From IMG/VR virus record IMGVR_UViG_3300021493_000001: DNA of 64,000 nt; one strand, 5' to 3'. The notes under the pieces are model-generated. The model was not told the origin of the DNA and searched no databases. It was given only the letters and a program-made list of their open reading frames with translations. Of the stretch, positions 38,572-48,103 are shown in pieces. The position numbers were made by a program, and so were the translations under genes. The stretch comes from a virus. Position 1 is the first letter of the stretch; every line of letters starts with the position of its first letter.

Positions 38572-38925
38572 ATGCCAATAGATTTAGAATTTAGCATTAC
38601 TGAAAAAGGTAGTGTGGCAATTCAGGCTAGCTTTACTGATGAGGATGGCGATGCTATCTCGGCTAGCCTGATAAAATCCATTAAATGGACGCTGAAAGAT
38701 GTATTTACTGGCAGGATTGTAAATAATAGAGAGGATGTTTCTGTTGATGTGGATAATCCTGTTTATATTTTCTTATCAGATGATGATTTGAAAATTATCA
38801 ATAGGCGAAATGAAACAGAACAAAAGGAATTGATTGTTGATGTTATTTATGACAGCAAATATAAAACCAATGCGAGATTACATGAGTCATGTTTATTTAA
38901 GGTTGCTAGATTGACTTCTGGTTAG
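38572..38925 (+). CDS. BppU-like/Ig-fold virion protein
   Basis: SFTDEDGDAI...IKWTL. Confidence 0.45.
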   Translation: MPIDLEFSITEKGSVAIQASFTDEDGDAISASLIKSIKWTLKDVFTGRIVNNREDVSVDVDNPVYIFLSDDDLKIINRRNETEQKELIVDVIYDSKYKTNARLHESCLFKVARLTSG

Positions 38926-38957
38926 TTGGTGTAATAATAAGTTAGAGGTTTTTTTAA

Positions 38958-39632
38958 ATGACCAAAGAAGAATTTTTAAAAAGAATAGATAAAGAATTAA
39001 AGGATACGGCTAAATTTCTTAATGACCCTGATAAATCTCAAGCCTTGGATGATGCAATTTATCAATACTCAAAGGACAGACCCAGAATTAGAATGAAAGA
39101 GTATGATGGTGATGGTAGTAGCTATGATTTCTTATTGCCTGATGATTTCATTGGAACTTTCAGTTGGATAAAAATGGTGGAATATCCAGCAGGAAAGCAA
39201 GAACCTAGAATTATTAAAGAAGAGAAATACGCTGTTTATTTCAAGAATGAACTTTATTATCTCCGTTTGAAGTATGATACTCCGTCTTCCAGTGAGAGTT
39301 TAAGAGTATGGTATACTACTTTACATAACGAGGGAACAATCCCAGAGAGTGATACAAGACTGGTTGTTAAATTGGCTACTTCTTATTGTTTTAGAATGTT
39401 AGCGGCTAGATTTGCTCAATCCAAAGACAGCACCATTGATGCTGATGTAGTGGATTATAGAAGTAAAACAAGTCAATATACAGCTTTAGCAGATAAGCTT
39501 GAGAATGAATATAACCGAGTAATCGGAAGAGGGAAAACAGGACACACTCCTGCATTTTCATTCAAGGATTGGGATAGAACTCTAAGTGAAGGCAAAGGCA
39601 AGTTCCTTTTCCACAGACCTCTGTATAGATAA
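38958..39632 (+). CDS. putative head-tail adaptor
   Basis: ALDDAIYQYSKDRP...YDFLLPDDF...LRVWYTTLH...VKLATSYC pattern. Confidence 0.55.
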   Translation: MTKEEFLKRIDKELKDTAKFLNDPDKSQALDDAIYQYSKDRPRIRMKEYDGDGSSYDFLLPDDFIGTFSWIKMVEYPAGKQEPRIIKEEKYAVYFKNELYYLRLKYDTPSSSESLRVWYTTLHNEGTIPESDTRLVVKLATSYCFRMLAARFAQSKDSTIDADVVDYRSKTSQYTALADKLENEYNRVIGRGKTGHTPAFSFKDWDRTLSEGKGKFLFHRPLYR

Positions 39633-39820
39633 TGGCGGTTGAAATATTCAACATAGAGAAGGCATTAAAAGACGAGATTAAACGATTACGCAAGGCTAAA
39701 ACTGAAACTGTGAATAATTTACATGAAATTTATATGGGTAAGAAGGGTAGGCTTAAAACTAAATTACGAAAAAGGTTAAAGGAAATTTTTGATTTATATA
39801 AAGAGGAGAAAGATGATTAA
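39632..39820 (+). CDS. small basic protein
   Basis: coupled ORF. Confidence 0.5.
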   Translation: MAVEIFNIEKALKDEIKRLRKAKTETVNNLHEIYMGKKGRLKTKLRKRLKEIFDLYKEEKDD

Positions 39821-40808
39821 AACATTACACAAACAGCTTAAAGAAAAGAGAGGATATATAGGCCATTCCAATACACTCTTACCAGTAATAGAAAAAGGAA
39901 AAGAAACAGAGCAAAGGGGCATCAGAGTATATGTGAAAAAGAAATTGCCTTTAGATTATGTGAGCAAGAAGGATTTAATTCCAAGATATCACAATGAAAC
40001 AAGATTAGATGTTGTTGAGATTGGCGAGGTGAATGCACTAAAAGTAGATAAGACAACTAAAACTCGTCCTGTTAGTATAGGGCTTAGTATAGGAAACTGG
40101 CTCATTTCTGCTGGAAGCTTGGGAATATTTCCTGTTTATAAAGAAGATAAAATTTTAGTAGCTTCTAATAGTCATGTTCTCTGTCCTGATGCTAGTTTAA
40201 GTCCTGAAGAAATTAACGAAAAACGGATTTTACAGCCTGGAGCATATCATGGAAAACAGAATCCAGATAATGTAGTAGGGGAGTATTATTGGCATAAACA
40301 GATTGTTCCAATGGATATAGGATGTCCAATTGGTAACTTTATTGTTAAAGTGCTTAACTTCTTAGCTAAGTTACTTGGGAGTTCAAGCAGACTTAGTTTA
40401 TCCAGAGATAATGTAAATCATATTGACTTTGCTGTTTATGAACCATCAGTAGAACATATAGCAAAAATTGCTGATGGTTCATTTGATGAAGATTTACCAT
40501 TTATTGGTTTACTGTTTGCTGGAAGTGAACAAGTAGGAGTGATATGTAAAGCAGAGTATATGGTAAAAGAAGGATATAGTTTTGCTGTCCCAATAAAGAA
40601 AGTGAAGGAAAAGGATGAGGTAATTGGGTGCTCGTTTTGGTGTAATTACAAAACGATTGTAACAGACCCATCTGCTACCATTCAAGTTGGTTACAAAAAC
40701 TTTCAAGCTTTATTTGATGATGTAATACTGGTAAAAAATGAAAAAGTAATAAAGGGAGGATGGAGCGGTAGTGGTTGGAGATTGGTAAATAAAGGAGAAG
40801 ACAAATGA
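39813..40808 (+). CDS. trypsin-like serine protease with N-terminal prodomain (Nal1-like)
   Basis: GIRVYVKKK/DVVEIG prodomain; triad SNSH, IDFA and GGWSGS. Confidence 0.7.
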   Translation: MIKTLHKQLKEKRGYIGHSNTLLPVIEKGKETEQRGIRVYVKKKLPLDYVSKKDLIPRYHNETRLDVVEIGEVNALKVDKTTKTRPVSIGLSIGNWLISAGSLGIFPVYKEDKILVASNSHVLCPDASLSPEEINEKRILQPGAYHGKQNPDNVVGEYYWHKQIVPMDIGCPIGNFIVKVLNFLAKLLGSSSRLSLSRDNVNHIDFAVYEPSVEHIAKIADGSFDEDLPFIGLLFAGSEQVGVICKAEYMVKEGYSFAVPIKKVKEKDEVIGCSFWCNYKTIVTDPSATIQVGYKNFQALFDDVILVKNEKVIKGGWSGSGWRLVNKGEDK

Positions 40809-41122
40809 GCAAAGTAATAGCAGAAAATGAGAACTGGAGAATAAGGCAAGCTGAAGGTGATAATTATGCTCTTACTTGTGGGAAGGGGCATTTTACATTC
40901 TATATCAAAGGCAAGAATGAAAAGTTAGTATTTTATAATATGCTTAAATCAGTAGAAGCAAAAATTAAGGATGTAGCTTTTATTACCTTTGGTGGCTGGT
41001 TTGCTTTATATCTAACAGTGGAAGATATAGCATTTCTTTTAGAAAATCTCCCTATGACTGATGCAGAGAAAGAGGCAAGTATGAGTGCTGAAATGGTGGA
41101 CGAAAAAATAACCATTCAGTGA
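40805..41122 (+). CDS. hypothetical protein
   Basis: coupled ORF. Confidence 0.6.
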   Translation: MSKVIAENENWRIRQAEGDNYALTCGKGHFTFYIKGKNEKLVFYNMLKSVEAKIKDVAFITFGGWFALYLTVEDIAFLLENLPMTDAEKEASMSAEMVDEKITIQ

Positions 41123-41123
41123 G

Positions 41124-41777
41124 ATGGAAAATAAAAGAATAATTTGTATTAGTGACCTTCACATTCCTTACACCAGCCAATACTTCATACCCTTTGCCGA
41201 TTATGCCTGTAAAGCTGATAAGGTAATTTTTAATGGTGACACCTTTGACTTATTAAAATGTTCTGTAAAGGAAATTAAAAATTGCTACATGGGGCAAGAG
41301 TTAATAAAGGCAGTTAAGAAAGTTGTAAAGAAGACTGAGGCAATTTTTATAGTAGGTAATCATGATGAAGAACTAGATGAGAAACTTCCTAAGTTATTAG
41401 ACATGGAAGTCATCACATTTCCATTCTATCGCATGGGCAGGATAGGCTTTGTGCATGGTTATCAGTTTGACCCTCTTTGCAAGCATTGGAATTGGCGATT
41501 ATTATCAAAGTTTGCACCTTGGTTTTTCAACCCACCCAGTGAATGGAAGCTAAGAGATAGGGAAAAATGGAAAGAAAAAATCGGACAGATATATGCTGAG
41601 GCCTTTTCTTTCTTAGAGAAAGCTCATTGGTGTAGAATATTAGTTATAGGGCATACTCATTATCCGTCTGTTCATACTTTGGAAACAGGCCAGAAATTGG
41701 CTGATTGTGGAGACTGGTTAGATAGTAGAAGTTGGATAGAGATTGAAAGAGGTAAAGTAGAAGTTAAGACATTATGA
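41124..41777 (+). CDS. calcineurin-like metallophosphoesterase (LpxH-like)
   Basis: SDLH, GDTFD, GNHD, HG, GHTH and GDW motifs. Confidence 0.85.
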   Translation: MENKRIICISDLHIPYTSQYFIPFADYACKADKVIFNGDTFDLLKCSVKEIKNCYMGQELIKAVKKVVKKTEAIFIVGNHDEELDEKLPKLLDMEVITFPFYRMGRIGFVHGYQFDPLCKHWNWRLLSKFAPWFFNPPSEWKLRDREKWKEKIGQIYAEAFSFLEKAHWCRILVIGHTHYPSVHTLETGQKLADCGDWLDSRSWIEIERGKVEVKTL

Positions 41778-41956
41778 ATAAACAAGAAGTAGAGGCAAGA
41801 AGACTTGTTACTTTAATTAAGCAGTGGGCATTAGAGGCTAGAACTAGATGCCCTGAAACAGAAGACCCAGAAGAATGCCAAAGGTGTATAAAACAACTAC
41901 TTAAAGCGTGTAAAAGATTTGAAAGGTTGATGATTTTAATTGGAGGTTTAAAATGA
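41774..41956 (+). CDS. hypothetical protein
   Basis: ATGA overlaps. Confidence 0.5.
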   Translation: MNKQEVEARRLVTLIKQWALEARTRCPETEDPEECQRCIKQLLKACKRFERLMILIGGLK

Positions 41957-42324
41957 AAAAATTATCTATTATTTTTCTTTGTTTCATATTACTAGGTTGT
42001 GCTGGTATGAGTAAGCTTACTGAGAATTATGATAATTTTATGAAACAGGCTGATGAATTAGCCATTGTTCTTTGCTCGCATAGTGAATTCTCCACTTGTT
42101 ACTGGCAAGCTGCACTGGGAGATGATATAAATAAGCTACCTGCTGAAGCTTTGAATATACTGGATGAGATTGAACAAACAGTGAAAGGAAAAACAGCAGA
42201 TGAGTTAACGGAGTGTGAGAAGGGTAAATTATTAGGATTATGGCAGAGGTTTGGTTCTTTGGTAAGTAAGGATATAATAGAAAGAGTTGTGCCTTATATG
42301 ATTAAGTTTGTGGGGGCTTTGTAA
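41953..42324 (+). CDS. lipoprotein
   Basis: MKK, hydrophobic stretch and lipobox LLGC. Confidence 0.7.
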   Translation: MKKLSIIFLCFILLGCAGMSKLTENYDNFMKQADELAIVLCSHSEFSTCYWQAALGDDINKLPAEALNILDEIEQTVKGKTADELTECEKGKLLGLWQRFGSLVSKDIIERVVPYMIKFVGAL

Positions 42325-42521
42325 TGGATGCCAATCAAGCTTATTTCTGGACAAAAGAATGGCAGGAAGCAGAAAAAGAAGCTTCAGAAGACATAAAGCA
42401 AGGCAGATTGTCACCTGTCTTTTCTTCAGCCCAAGAAGGGGTTAAGTATCTCAGGGATAAAGCAAACAAGCTTAAAAATAAAAACAAAATAGGAGAGCAT
42501 CATGCCAGTCAGAAAGTATAG
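42324..42521 (+). CDS. protein resembling the C-terminal module of AbrB/MazE-type antitoxins
   Basis: QAYFWTKEWQEAEKEASEDIKQGR motif. Confidence 0.6.
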   Translation: MDANQAYFWTKEWQEAEKEASEDIKQGRLSPVFSSAQEGVKYLRDKANKLKNKNKIGEHHASQKV

Positions 42522-42795
42522 AAAAAAGCCAGTCATAGTAGAGGCAATACAATGGACTGGAGATAATTTAAGGGAAGTTATTGACTTTACAGGGCTTCAC
42601 CCATCAGCAGGGAAATGGACTTGGGAAGAGTTTGAGGAAGTGGTAAAAAAGAAAGGGCTTAAAATATTTACACTTGAAGGAGTGAAAAAGGCTAGTGTAG
42701 GAGATTACATAATTAAAGGTGTTGAAGGCGAAATTTACCGATGTAAGCCCAGTATATTTGAAAAACTTATGAGTTGGTGGAATAAAAAATGCTAA
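42502..42795 (+). CDS. conserved phage protein (KYRKKPVIVEAIQW family)
   Basis: KYRKKPVIVEAIQW...GDYIIKGVEGEIYRCKP. Confidence 0.75.
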   Translation: MPVRKYRKKPVIVEAIQWTGDNLREVIDFTGLHPSAGKWTWEEFEEVVKKKGLKIFTLEGVKKASVGDYIIKGVEGEIYRCKPSIFEKLMSWWNKKC

Positions 42796-42828
42796 TTAAA
42801 TTCCTTGCTTAATTAAATTAATGTAAGT

Positions 42829-43038
42829 CTAATATTCTGCTTTCTCCTCCTTTTCCATCCAAACTCTAAATTTCCAACCGCATTCGCAATCAAAAGTAAT
42901 TGAATTTTTGGAAACATCCTTTTCTTTTGGGCAAGAGAAAGTCATTGTAAACTCATCCCCTTCTGGCCAATGAACAAATGCATATTTCTTACCACATTTA
43001 GGACACTGCCAATTAAGACTACAAAGTTTTTCTTTCAT
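42829..43038 (-). CDS. zinc-ribbon protein
   Basis: CPKC and CECG. Confidence 0.6.
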   Translation of the reverse strand: MKEKLCSLNWQCPKCGKKYAFVHWPEGDEFTMTFSCPKEKDVSKNSITFDCECGWKFRVWMEKEEKAEY

Positions 43039-43226
43039 ATCTTCTCCACCTCACTCAGCAATAAATAAAACTTACCCCTATTTGGCACTTCCACCCTCAC
43101 TTGCTTAGGCTCGTCATTACATACATGCACTACAATAGCCTCCTCTCCACATATATTAAGCTCCTTGGTATAGAAATTAGGTAAAATTCTTACTTTATCA
43201 CCGACCTTGAAATTGGTTTGGGTCAT
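43035..43226 (-). CDS. SH3/KOW-like small protein
   Basis: FKVGDKVRI; similar to 52026-52262. Confidence 0.55.
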   Translation of the reverse strand: MTQTNFKVGDKVRILPNFYTKELNICGEEAIVVHVCNDEPKQVRVEVPNRGKFYLLLSEVEKI

Positions 43227-43751
43227 TGTTTTCCTCCATCTCTAAAATTTTATCAGCAATTACTTTGGCTGTTTCTTTTGGCCTGTTCTCAATTATATCT
43301 ATTTCTTCAAAAGACAATTTAAAACGCACCAATATTTTTCTAACTGCCTCAGTTACTTCAGCATCTTCTCTTTTCTAGACCGCATAAAGAAAGTATATAA
43401 ATTAACTCCATGAAAATCTAACAAAGAAATTGTATTCAATGGCAATCCAGCTAATAAACGATAAGCACAATTATCAACTATGCCTCTGTCTGCTACAATT
43501 ATCTTGTCTCTATGCATCAGATAACTAGCAATAGTGCAGAAGTCTAGTGCATTTTCAAAGTAATTGTAGGCTGAGTGATTAGTAAAGATTTTTTCCTTCC
43601 AAGTATCTCTTATGCCCATTTCCACCAATATCCAATGGGCAAATTCACCTACAAAGGCAAATTTTTCAGGTGGTAGGAATTTTTTAAGATAAACAAAAGT
43701 AGTTGTCTTGCCAATACCATGGCTTCCACTTAATGCGTAAACTTTAATCAT
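43198..43751 (-). pseudogene. P-loop NMP-kinase/AAA_28-like protein split by a -1 frameshift near 43374
   Basis: GSHGIGKTT and DRGIVD motifs; frame stops at 43353 while the -1 frame (43374-43198) supplies a kinase-like tail. Confidence 0.55.
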
Positions 43752-43977
43752 GAGTTAAGTTCCTTCATTCCAATTTTATAAAGTTTCTCTATTTCTTCTT
43801 TAGTTAAAGGCCAACCAAAATTATTTACTTCTTCAGATATAGTAGCTACCTTTTTCACCGTTTTGATAAATCCTAGCTTCATTCTCCTCTTTTTCATACA
43901 CTAGTAAAATTACAGCATCTCCGTTTGCCTGTGAAAGTAGTTTATTTATTACCCATTCAACCTGTTTTTTAACCTTG

Positions 43978-44196
43978 TCATTCATTGATTATCCTCCTTT
44001 TCTTTCCTTTTCTTTCTCTAGCCTTCGCATAACACTCCTCATTACAACAGTGATAGGGACCGTAACAAGTTAAGATAGACCGTTCAAGATGAAAATCTTT
44101 AATATAATCTTTTCCGTCACTAGTCCATGAAATAATACCTTCTTTTCCGCAACCATCACATTTACCAAATTTTATCCCTCTTATCCTTTTCGCCAT
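43978..44196 (-). CDS. small Cys-rich protein
   Basis: CDGC...CCNEEC. Confidence 0.55.
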   Translation of the reverse strand: MAKRIRGIKFGKCDGCGKEGIISWTSDGKDYIKDFHLERSILTCYGPYHCCNEECYAKARERKGKKRRIINE

Positions 44197-44311
44197 TTTA
44201 ACTCCTTGCTTTATAACTAATTCCCCATAATAGCAAGTATAATGAGAAATAAAATAATTCCAATGAAATATGAAAATGCAACAAAATTATCTTCCATTGT
44301 TCTCCTCCTTT

Positions 44312-44536
44312 TTACCACTTAAAAGCATTCTCTATCAGCCTTACTCTTGTTACTAGCCTAGGATAATCTTCCTTGAATAAAGCTATTGCCTCATAGGTCA
44401 TTAAAAAACGGTTAAATCTTTCTACATCCTCCAATTTAATAGAGCTACGAACCAAGGCAATAATTGAATCAACCTGATTTGCAATACGTAACCAATATTC
44501 TTCATCTGGCTTTGTTTGAGTTACTTTTTCTGGCAT
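44312..44536 (-). CDS. hypothetical protein
   Basis: GGAG RBS. Confidence 0.55.
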   Translation of the reverse strand: MPEKVTQTKPDEEYWLRIANQVDSIIALVRSSIKLEDVERFNRFLMTYEAIALFKEDYPRLVTRVRLIENAFKW

Positions 44537-44550
44537 AGTTTACTCTCCTT

Positions 44551-44811
44551 TCAAATAAATCTTTTGCTGACTTTGTTTGACATAAATAACATCTTACATT
44601 CTCTTTCAGCCTCTTTGTAAAGTTTAGCTACCAGCTCTATTTTCTCTAATTCCCTATCTCCTGCATGTTCAAACCCCAAGTCTTGATTATCTAAGAAATT
44701 CCTATAAGTTTGATAAGCATCATCCAAATTATCAGATATAACATAAACAGTTTTATATTGACTACCAAAAAACCCTTTAACTGTTACTTTAAAAAGACAA
44801 AGTGTGTTCAT
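44551..44811 (-). CDS. hypothetical protein
   Basis: GAAGG RBS. Confidence 0.55.
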   Translation of the reverse strand: MNTLCLFKVTVKGFFGSQYKTVYVISDNLDDAYQTYRNFLDNQDLGFEHAGDRELEKIELVAKLYKEAERECKMLFMSNKVSKRFI

Positions 44812-44838
44812 TGTTTACCTTCTTTATCTTTTAAAATA

Positions 44839-45378
44839 CTAAAAATTCTCCCAAACTATTTTAGCCCTTTCCTCACCAAATTTGCTTAAATGGCATGTAA
44901 TTTCTTCTTCTGCTTGCTTTAGTTCTATTTCAGATATTGGAATATATTCAATCTTAAATTCTTTCTCCTCTTCCTTAGTAATCTCATTAAAATAATGCAA
45001 TGCCAACGCTGAGGCATCCCGTCTTAATGGTGCAAGCATACTGGCACTTGAAAGAGCACATACAATCTCTGCTTTTGTGAGTGGTTGCATTAGGTCAAAG
45101 ATTTGCTTCTTACTCCATCTCTTTCCAACTTTTTTCAGTCTGTCTGCAATCTCTTTGCAGTGAGAACGGAAAATCCAAGGTGCAAAATCGGGTCCAATGA
45201 GCTTTGAACGAAAAGCTAAAAAACACTTATCTACAAGAGGATAATCTTCTTTATTTTCTTTTATAACTTCCTCTGCAACTTTTATTTGAGCAAAGGCTGA
45301 TACACCATAATTAAGAAAATCGTCACTAATGAGATTATTTATTAAATTTAACTTTCCACTTTCTCTTTTCTCTATCAT
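44839..45378 (-). CDS. hypothetical protein
   Basis: 179-aa ORF. Confidence 0.6.
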   Translation of the reverse strand: MIEKRESGKLNLINNLISDDFLNYGVSAFAQIKVAEEVIKENKEDYPLVDKCFLAFRSKLIGPDFAPWIFRSHCKEIADRLKKVGKRWSKKQIFDLMQPLTKAEIVCALSSASMLAPLRRDASALALHYFNEITKEEEKEFKIEYIPISEIELKQAEEEITCHLSKFGEERAKIVWENF

Positions 45379-45862
45379 AATAATACCCCTGTTTATTTAA
45401 ATATTGTAATAAACAAGAAACAGAGAGTTTACAAATTTTACTGAATTTTGTTACACTATATTGTTTCAAAACTGCTTCTATCCCACCATATTTTTCAAAT
45501 GCCTCACTCGCCAAACCATGTGGAGCGTTATTATATATTGGTGGTTTAATTTCAATTCCTATCCTCCGTAACCCTTCCTGTATTGTATGATAATCAAATC
45601 CCCATCGCTTCCCCATTTCTATCGTGCCCTTTTCTTTATACTGTTTCCTTAATTCTTCCTTTACTCTTTCAGCATCACATCCATAATAATAAAAAGCATT
45701 CCAAAGAAAAGACCCATTAGAGCATCTAGATAAAGCACAAGCAACTGCACTCTTAACTTTTTCAGCAAGAGTAGGATTAAGTTTATCAGCCCATTCAAAT
45801 AATTCTTTGCCTTCTTTGTTTGAGATAAATAATCTAAGTTCCTTTCCATGATACTTACTCAT
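45335..45862 (-). CDS. putative HTH DNA-binding protein
   Basis: two helix-turn-helix-like segments. Confidence 0.5.
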   Translation of the reverse strand: MSKYHGKELRLFISNKEGKELFEWADKLNPTLAEKVKSAVACALSRCSNGSFLWNAFYYYGCDAERVKEELRKQYKEKGTIEMGKRWGFDYHTIQEGLRRIGIEIKPPIYNNAPHGLASEAFEKYGGIEAVLKQYSVTKFSKICKLSVSCLLQYLNKQGYYYDREKRKWKVKFNK

Positions 45863-46026
45863 TTTTTATCATCTCCACTCTTAAACCAAATCCTCTCTTG
45901 GGTAGCCATTCAGTTCCAATAAATTTCTTTATCTTTACCGCTCTTGGCGTTTCCTCTATAACTTTTACCTCTTTAGTTATAAACCACAAACCAAGATTAA
46001 AATCTTTTCCCAAATTAATGCTCTTT

Positions 46027-46338
46027 TCATTCTAATTCCTTACTTATTTGCTCTGTATCTATAGGCCCATACACAGTGAAAGGTGAAGAAGGTTTATACT
46101 CAATCTTATTTTTCTTTTCCCAATCTTCATTCACAAGCAACTGTAATGCCCTAACAGTTTTTGAATTTTTAAACTTTACAGGCTTTTTCCTTCTGCTAGC
46201 ATACCTGATGTATTGATTTAGCCAACACCTCACACAATATTTACTTTTTGGAATAGCAGGTTTCCCACAGATGATACACCTACCCTCCTCCAACATTTTC
46301 CTTTGCCATTTTAACTGGCGTGAGATGATTTCTTTCAC
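46027..46338 (-). CDS. zinc-finger protein
   Basis: CIICGKPA...YCVRC. Confidence 0.55.
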   Translation of the reverse strand: MKEIISRQLKWQRKMLEEGRCIICGKPAIPKSKYCVRCWLNQYIRYASRRKKPVKFKNSKTVRALQLLVNEDWEKKNKIEYKPSSPFTVYGPIDTEQISKELE

Positions 46339-46978
46339 GATTGCCTCCTACAATTATTAACAATTTAATTACTAACAATTCAACATACCTATCCCATACT
46401 TTCTTTCTCCTAAGATGGTGGTAACAAACGGTGCATAATCCTGCACTATGATGCTTTCTCAATCTCTTACAATGGGTGCAAATTACTTTGTTGCCTCTTG
46501 TTACTTCTCTTATTCCGTATTTTATCTTTTTGTCTCGTTTAAGATACCCATAACAATGAACACACAACCCTTTACTTTTATGAATACGCATCTGTCCGCA
46601 TCTTTTGCAGATAATAAAACGGATATGTCTTCTTCTAGGGTCATTAAAAAGAACTTCCTTGAAATAGTATTGAGGCTCACCAAGTAATATGGCAAAGAGA
46701 TATGTTTCATTCTCAATTATCTTAGGTATCAATGCCAATTTATCATCAAATGACATCTTTTTAATCTTATCAACCATCTTGTTTATCAGCATCACTTTAT
46801 TATGTTTTCTCGTATTCATTCCAATAAACTTAATCCGTGTCCATAATTCCATGATTTCTCCGCTAACTCTTTTCTCTAATACCCAATCCAACTGCTTTTC
46901 AGTGAAACATGCCTTTACTGTGCTCAGGTCAAGAGGTGCATCAAGTTGTAATTGTATTGAAGGTTGGGGGTAAAACAT
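46280..46978 (-). CDS. protein with two CxxC...H...GLCxxCY zinc motifs
   Basis: CKRC...HKSKGLCVHCY and CTHC...HHSAGLCTVCY. Confidence 0.6.
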   Translation of the reverse strand: MFYPQPSIQLQLDAPLDLSTVKACFTEKQLDWVLEKRVSGEIMELWTRIKFIGMNTRKHNKVMLINKMVDKIKKMSFDDKLALIPKIIENETYLFAILLGEPQYYFKEVLFNDPRRRHIRFIICKRCGQMRIHKSKGLCVHCYGYLKRDKKIKYGIREVTRGNKVICTHCKRLRKHHSAGLCTVCYHHLRRKKVWDRYVELLVIKLLIIVGGNRERNHLTPVKMAKENVGGG

Positions 46979-46981
46979 TGC

Positions 46982-47197
46982 TTACTTATAATCATTTATA
47001 TCGTTTAAGACACCTCTGATTTTTTCCTTAATGTATTTTGCCTTTTCCAATATCGTTTTGAGATGGGAAATAACTATACCAATACAAATCAAGAAAAAGC
47101 CAAAATCATTCAAGGAAGAACGAACAATTGTTACTGCTGTAATTTTCCACCCCAAGTAACAAAGAAGAAATCCAACCAAAAAATAGAGAGCATTCAT
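46982..47197 (-). CDS. small two-TM membrane protein
   Basis: two hydrophobic stretches. Confidence 0.55.
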   Translation of the reverse strand: MNALYFLVGFLLCYLGWKITAVTIVRSSLNDFGFFLICIGIVISHLKTILEKAKYIKEKIRGVLNDINDYK

Positions 47198-47259
47198 TTT
47201 CTACTCCTTTTTGTTTTTATATTCTTTCTTTAACTCCTTATAAGCCTGCCTTCTTGCAT

Positions 47260-47517
47260 TCATATTTCTTCTTTATTAGGTTTCTTTTGTAGTTCAATTG
47301 GCAAACGATTAGGAGGCCAAGATGGCAAAGAAAGAGAAAATTCATCATTTTCTTCATAAACTATTCGTCCCGACATACTATGCGTATGCCTTAATAACTT
47401 ATTCAATTTTTCTACTTCTTCTATTAAAATAACTATTTCTCTTCTCAAAACTTCTAACTTTTGTGTATTACCCATTTCATCCCAATACGGTGGTCTATTT
47501 GCTACACACTTTTCCAT
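47260..47517 (-). CDS. hypothetical protein
   Basis: GGAGG RBS. Confidence 0.55.
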   Translation of the reverse strand: MEKCVANRPPYWDEMGNTQKLEVLRREIVILIEEVEKLNKLLRHTHSMSGRIVYEENDEFSLSLPSWPPNRLPIELQKKPNKEEI

Positions 47518-47539
47518 TTTTACCTCCTTTGTTTATAAT

Positions 47540-47887
47540 TTACTTGGCCTTTTCTATATAATCTTCGCTTCCAAAATCTTTGTCATTATCCTTTTCTATT
47601 GCAATATTAGGTGCTATATCTGCAACATCAATATCATATATAGTAACAACATTTACATTATTCTTTGGCTCAGGAATATCTAAACCTCTTTCAAGACTGA
47701 CTTCTATCCATGCTCTCTTTGCCTCTTGTAATTTTCTAAGAGCCTCTTCTCTAGTTCTACCTTCAGCTCCACAACCAGGTAATTCAGGTATTTCTGCACC
47801 AAAATATTCCTCGCCATCATGGTCAAAGTCTTTTTTAATTACGATATGATAAGGTAAACTGAGATAGTATGATAAATTCTTCTTCAT
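47540..47887 (-). CDS. hicB: HicB-family antitoxin (solo)
   Basis: YLSLPYHIVI...AEIPELPGCGAEGRTREEAL...AWIEVSLERGLDIPEP. Confidence 0.85.
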   Translation of the reverse strand: MKKNLSYYLSLPYHIVIKKDFDHDGEEYFGAEIPELPGCGAEGRTREEALRKLQEAKRAWIEVSLERGLDIPEPKNNVNVVTIYDIDVADIAPNIAIEKDNDKDFGSEDYIEKAK

Positions 47888-48103
47888 GTTTTAACCTCAT
47901 TTATTCTTTTATTCCATTCATCATTAAAAAATATCATACAGCTTATTAAACATTTGGTGTGCCCATTCAAACAATCCTCGTTTTCTTAATTCCTCTTCCA
48001 GCTTTGTAGCATTATCATCATCGGCTTCGGGATAACTGAATATATACACTCGCTAAATTTTTTATCATCATAATTGCTATAATCTATATTCATTTGTTAC
48101 CTC

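Noticed and set aside
42761-42765. Programmed frameshift in the KYRKKPV-family gene
   Set aside because: One more A in the A5 run would give the usual ending FEKTYELVE*; a homopolymer error or trivial mutation is more likely.
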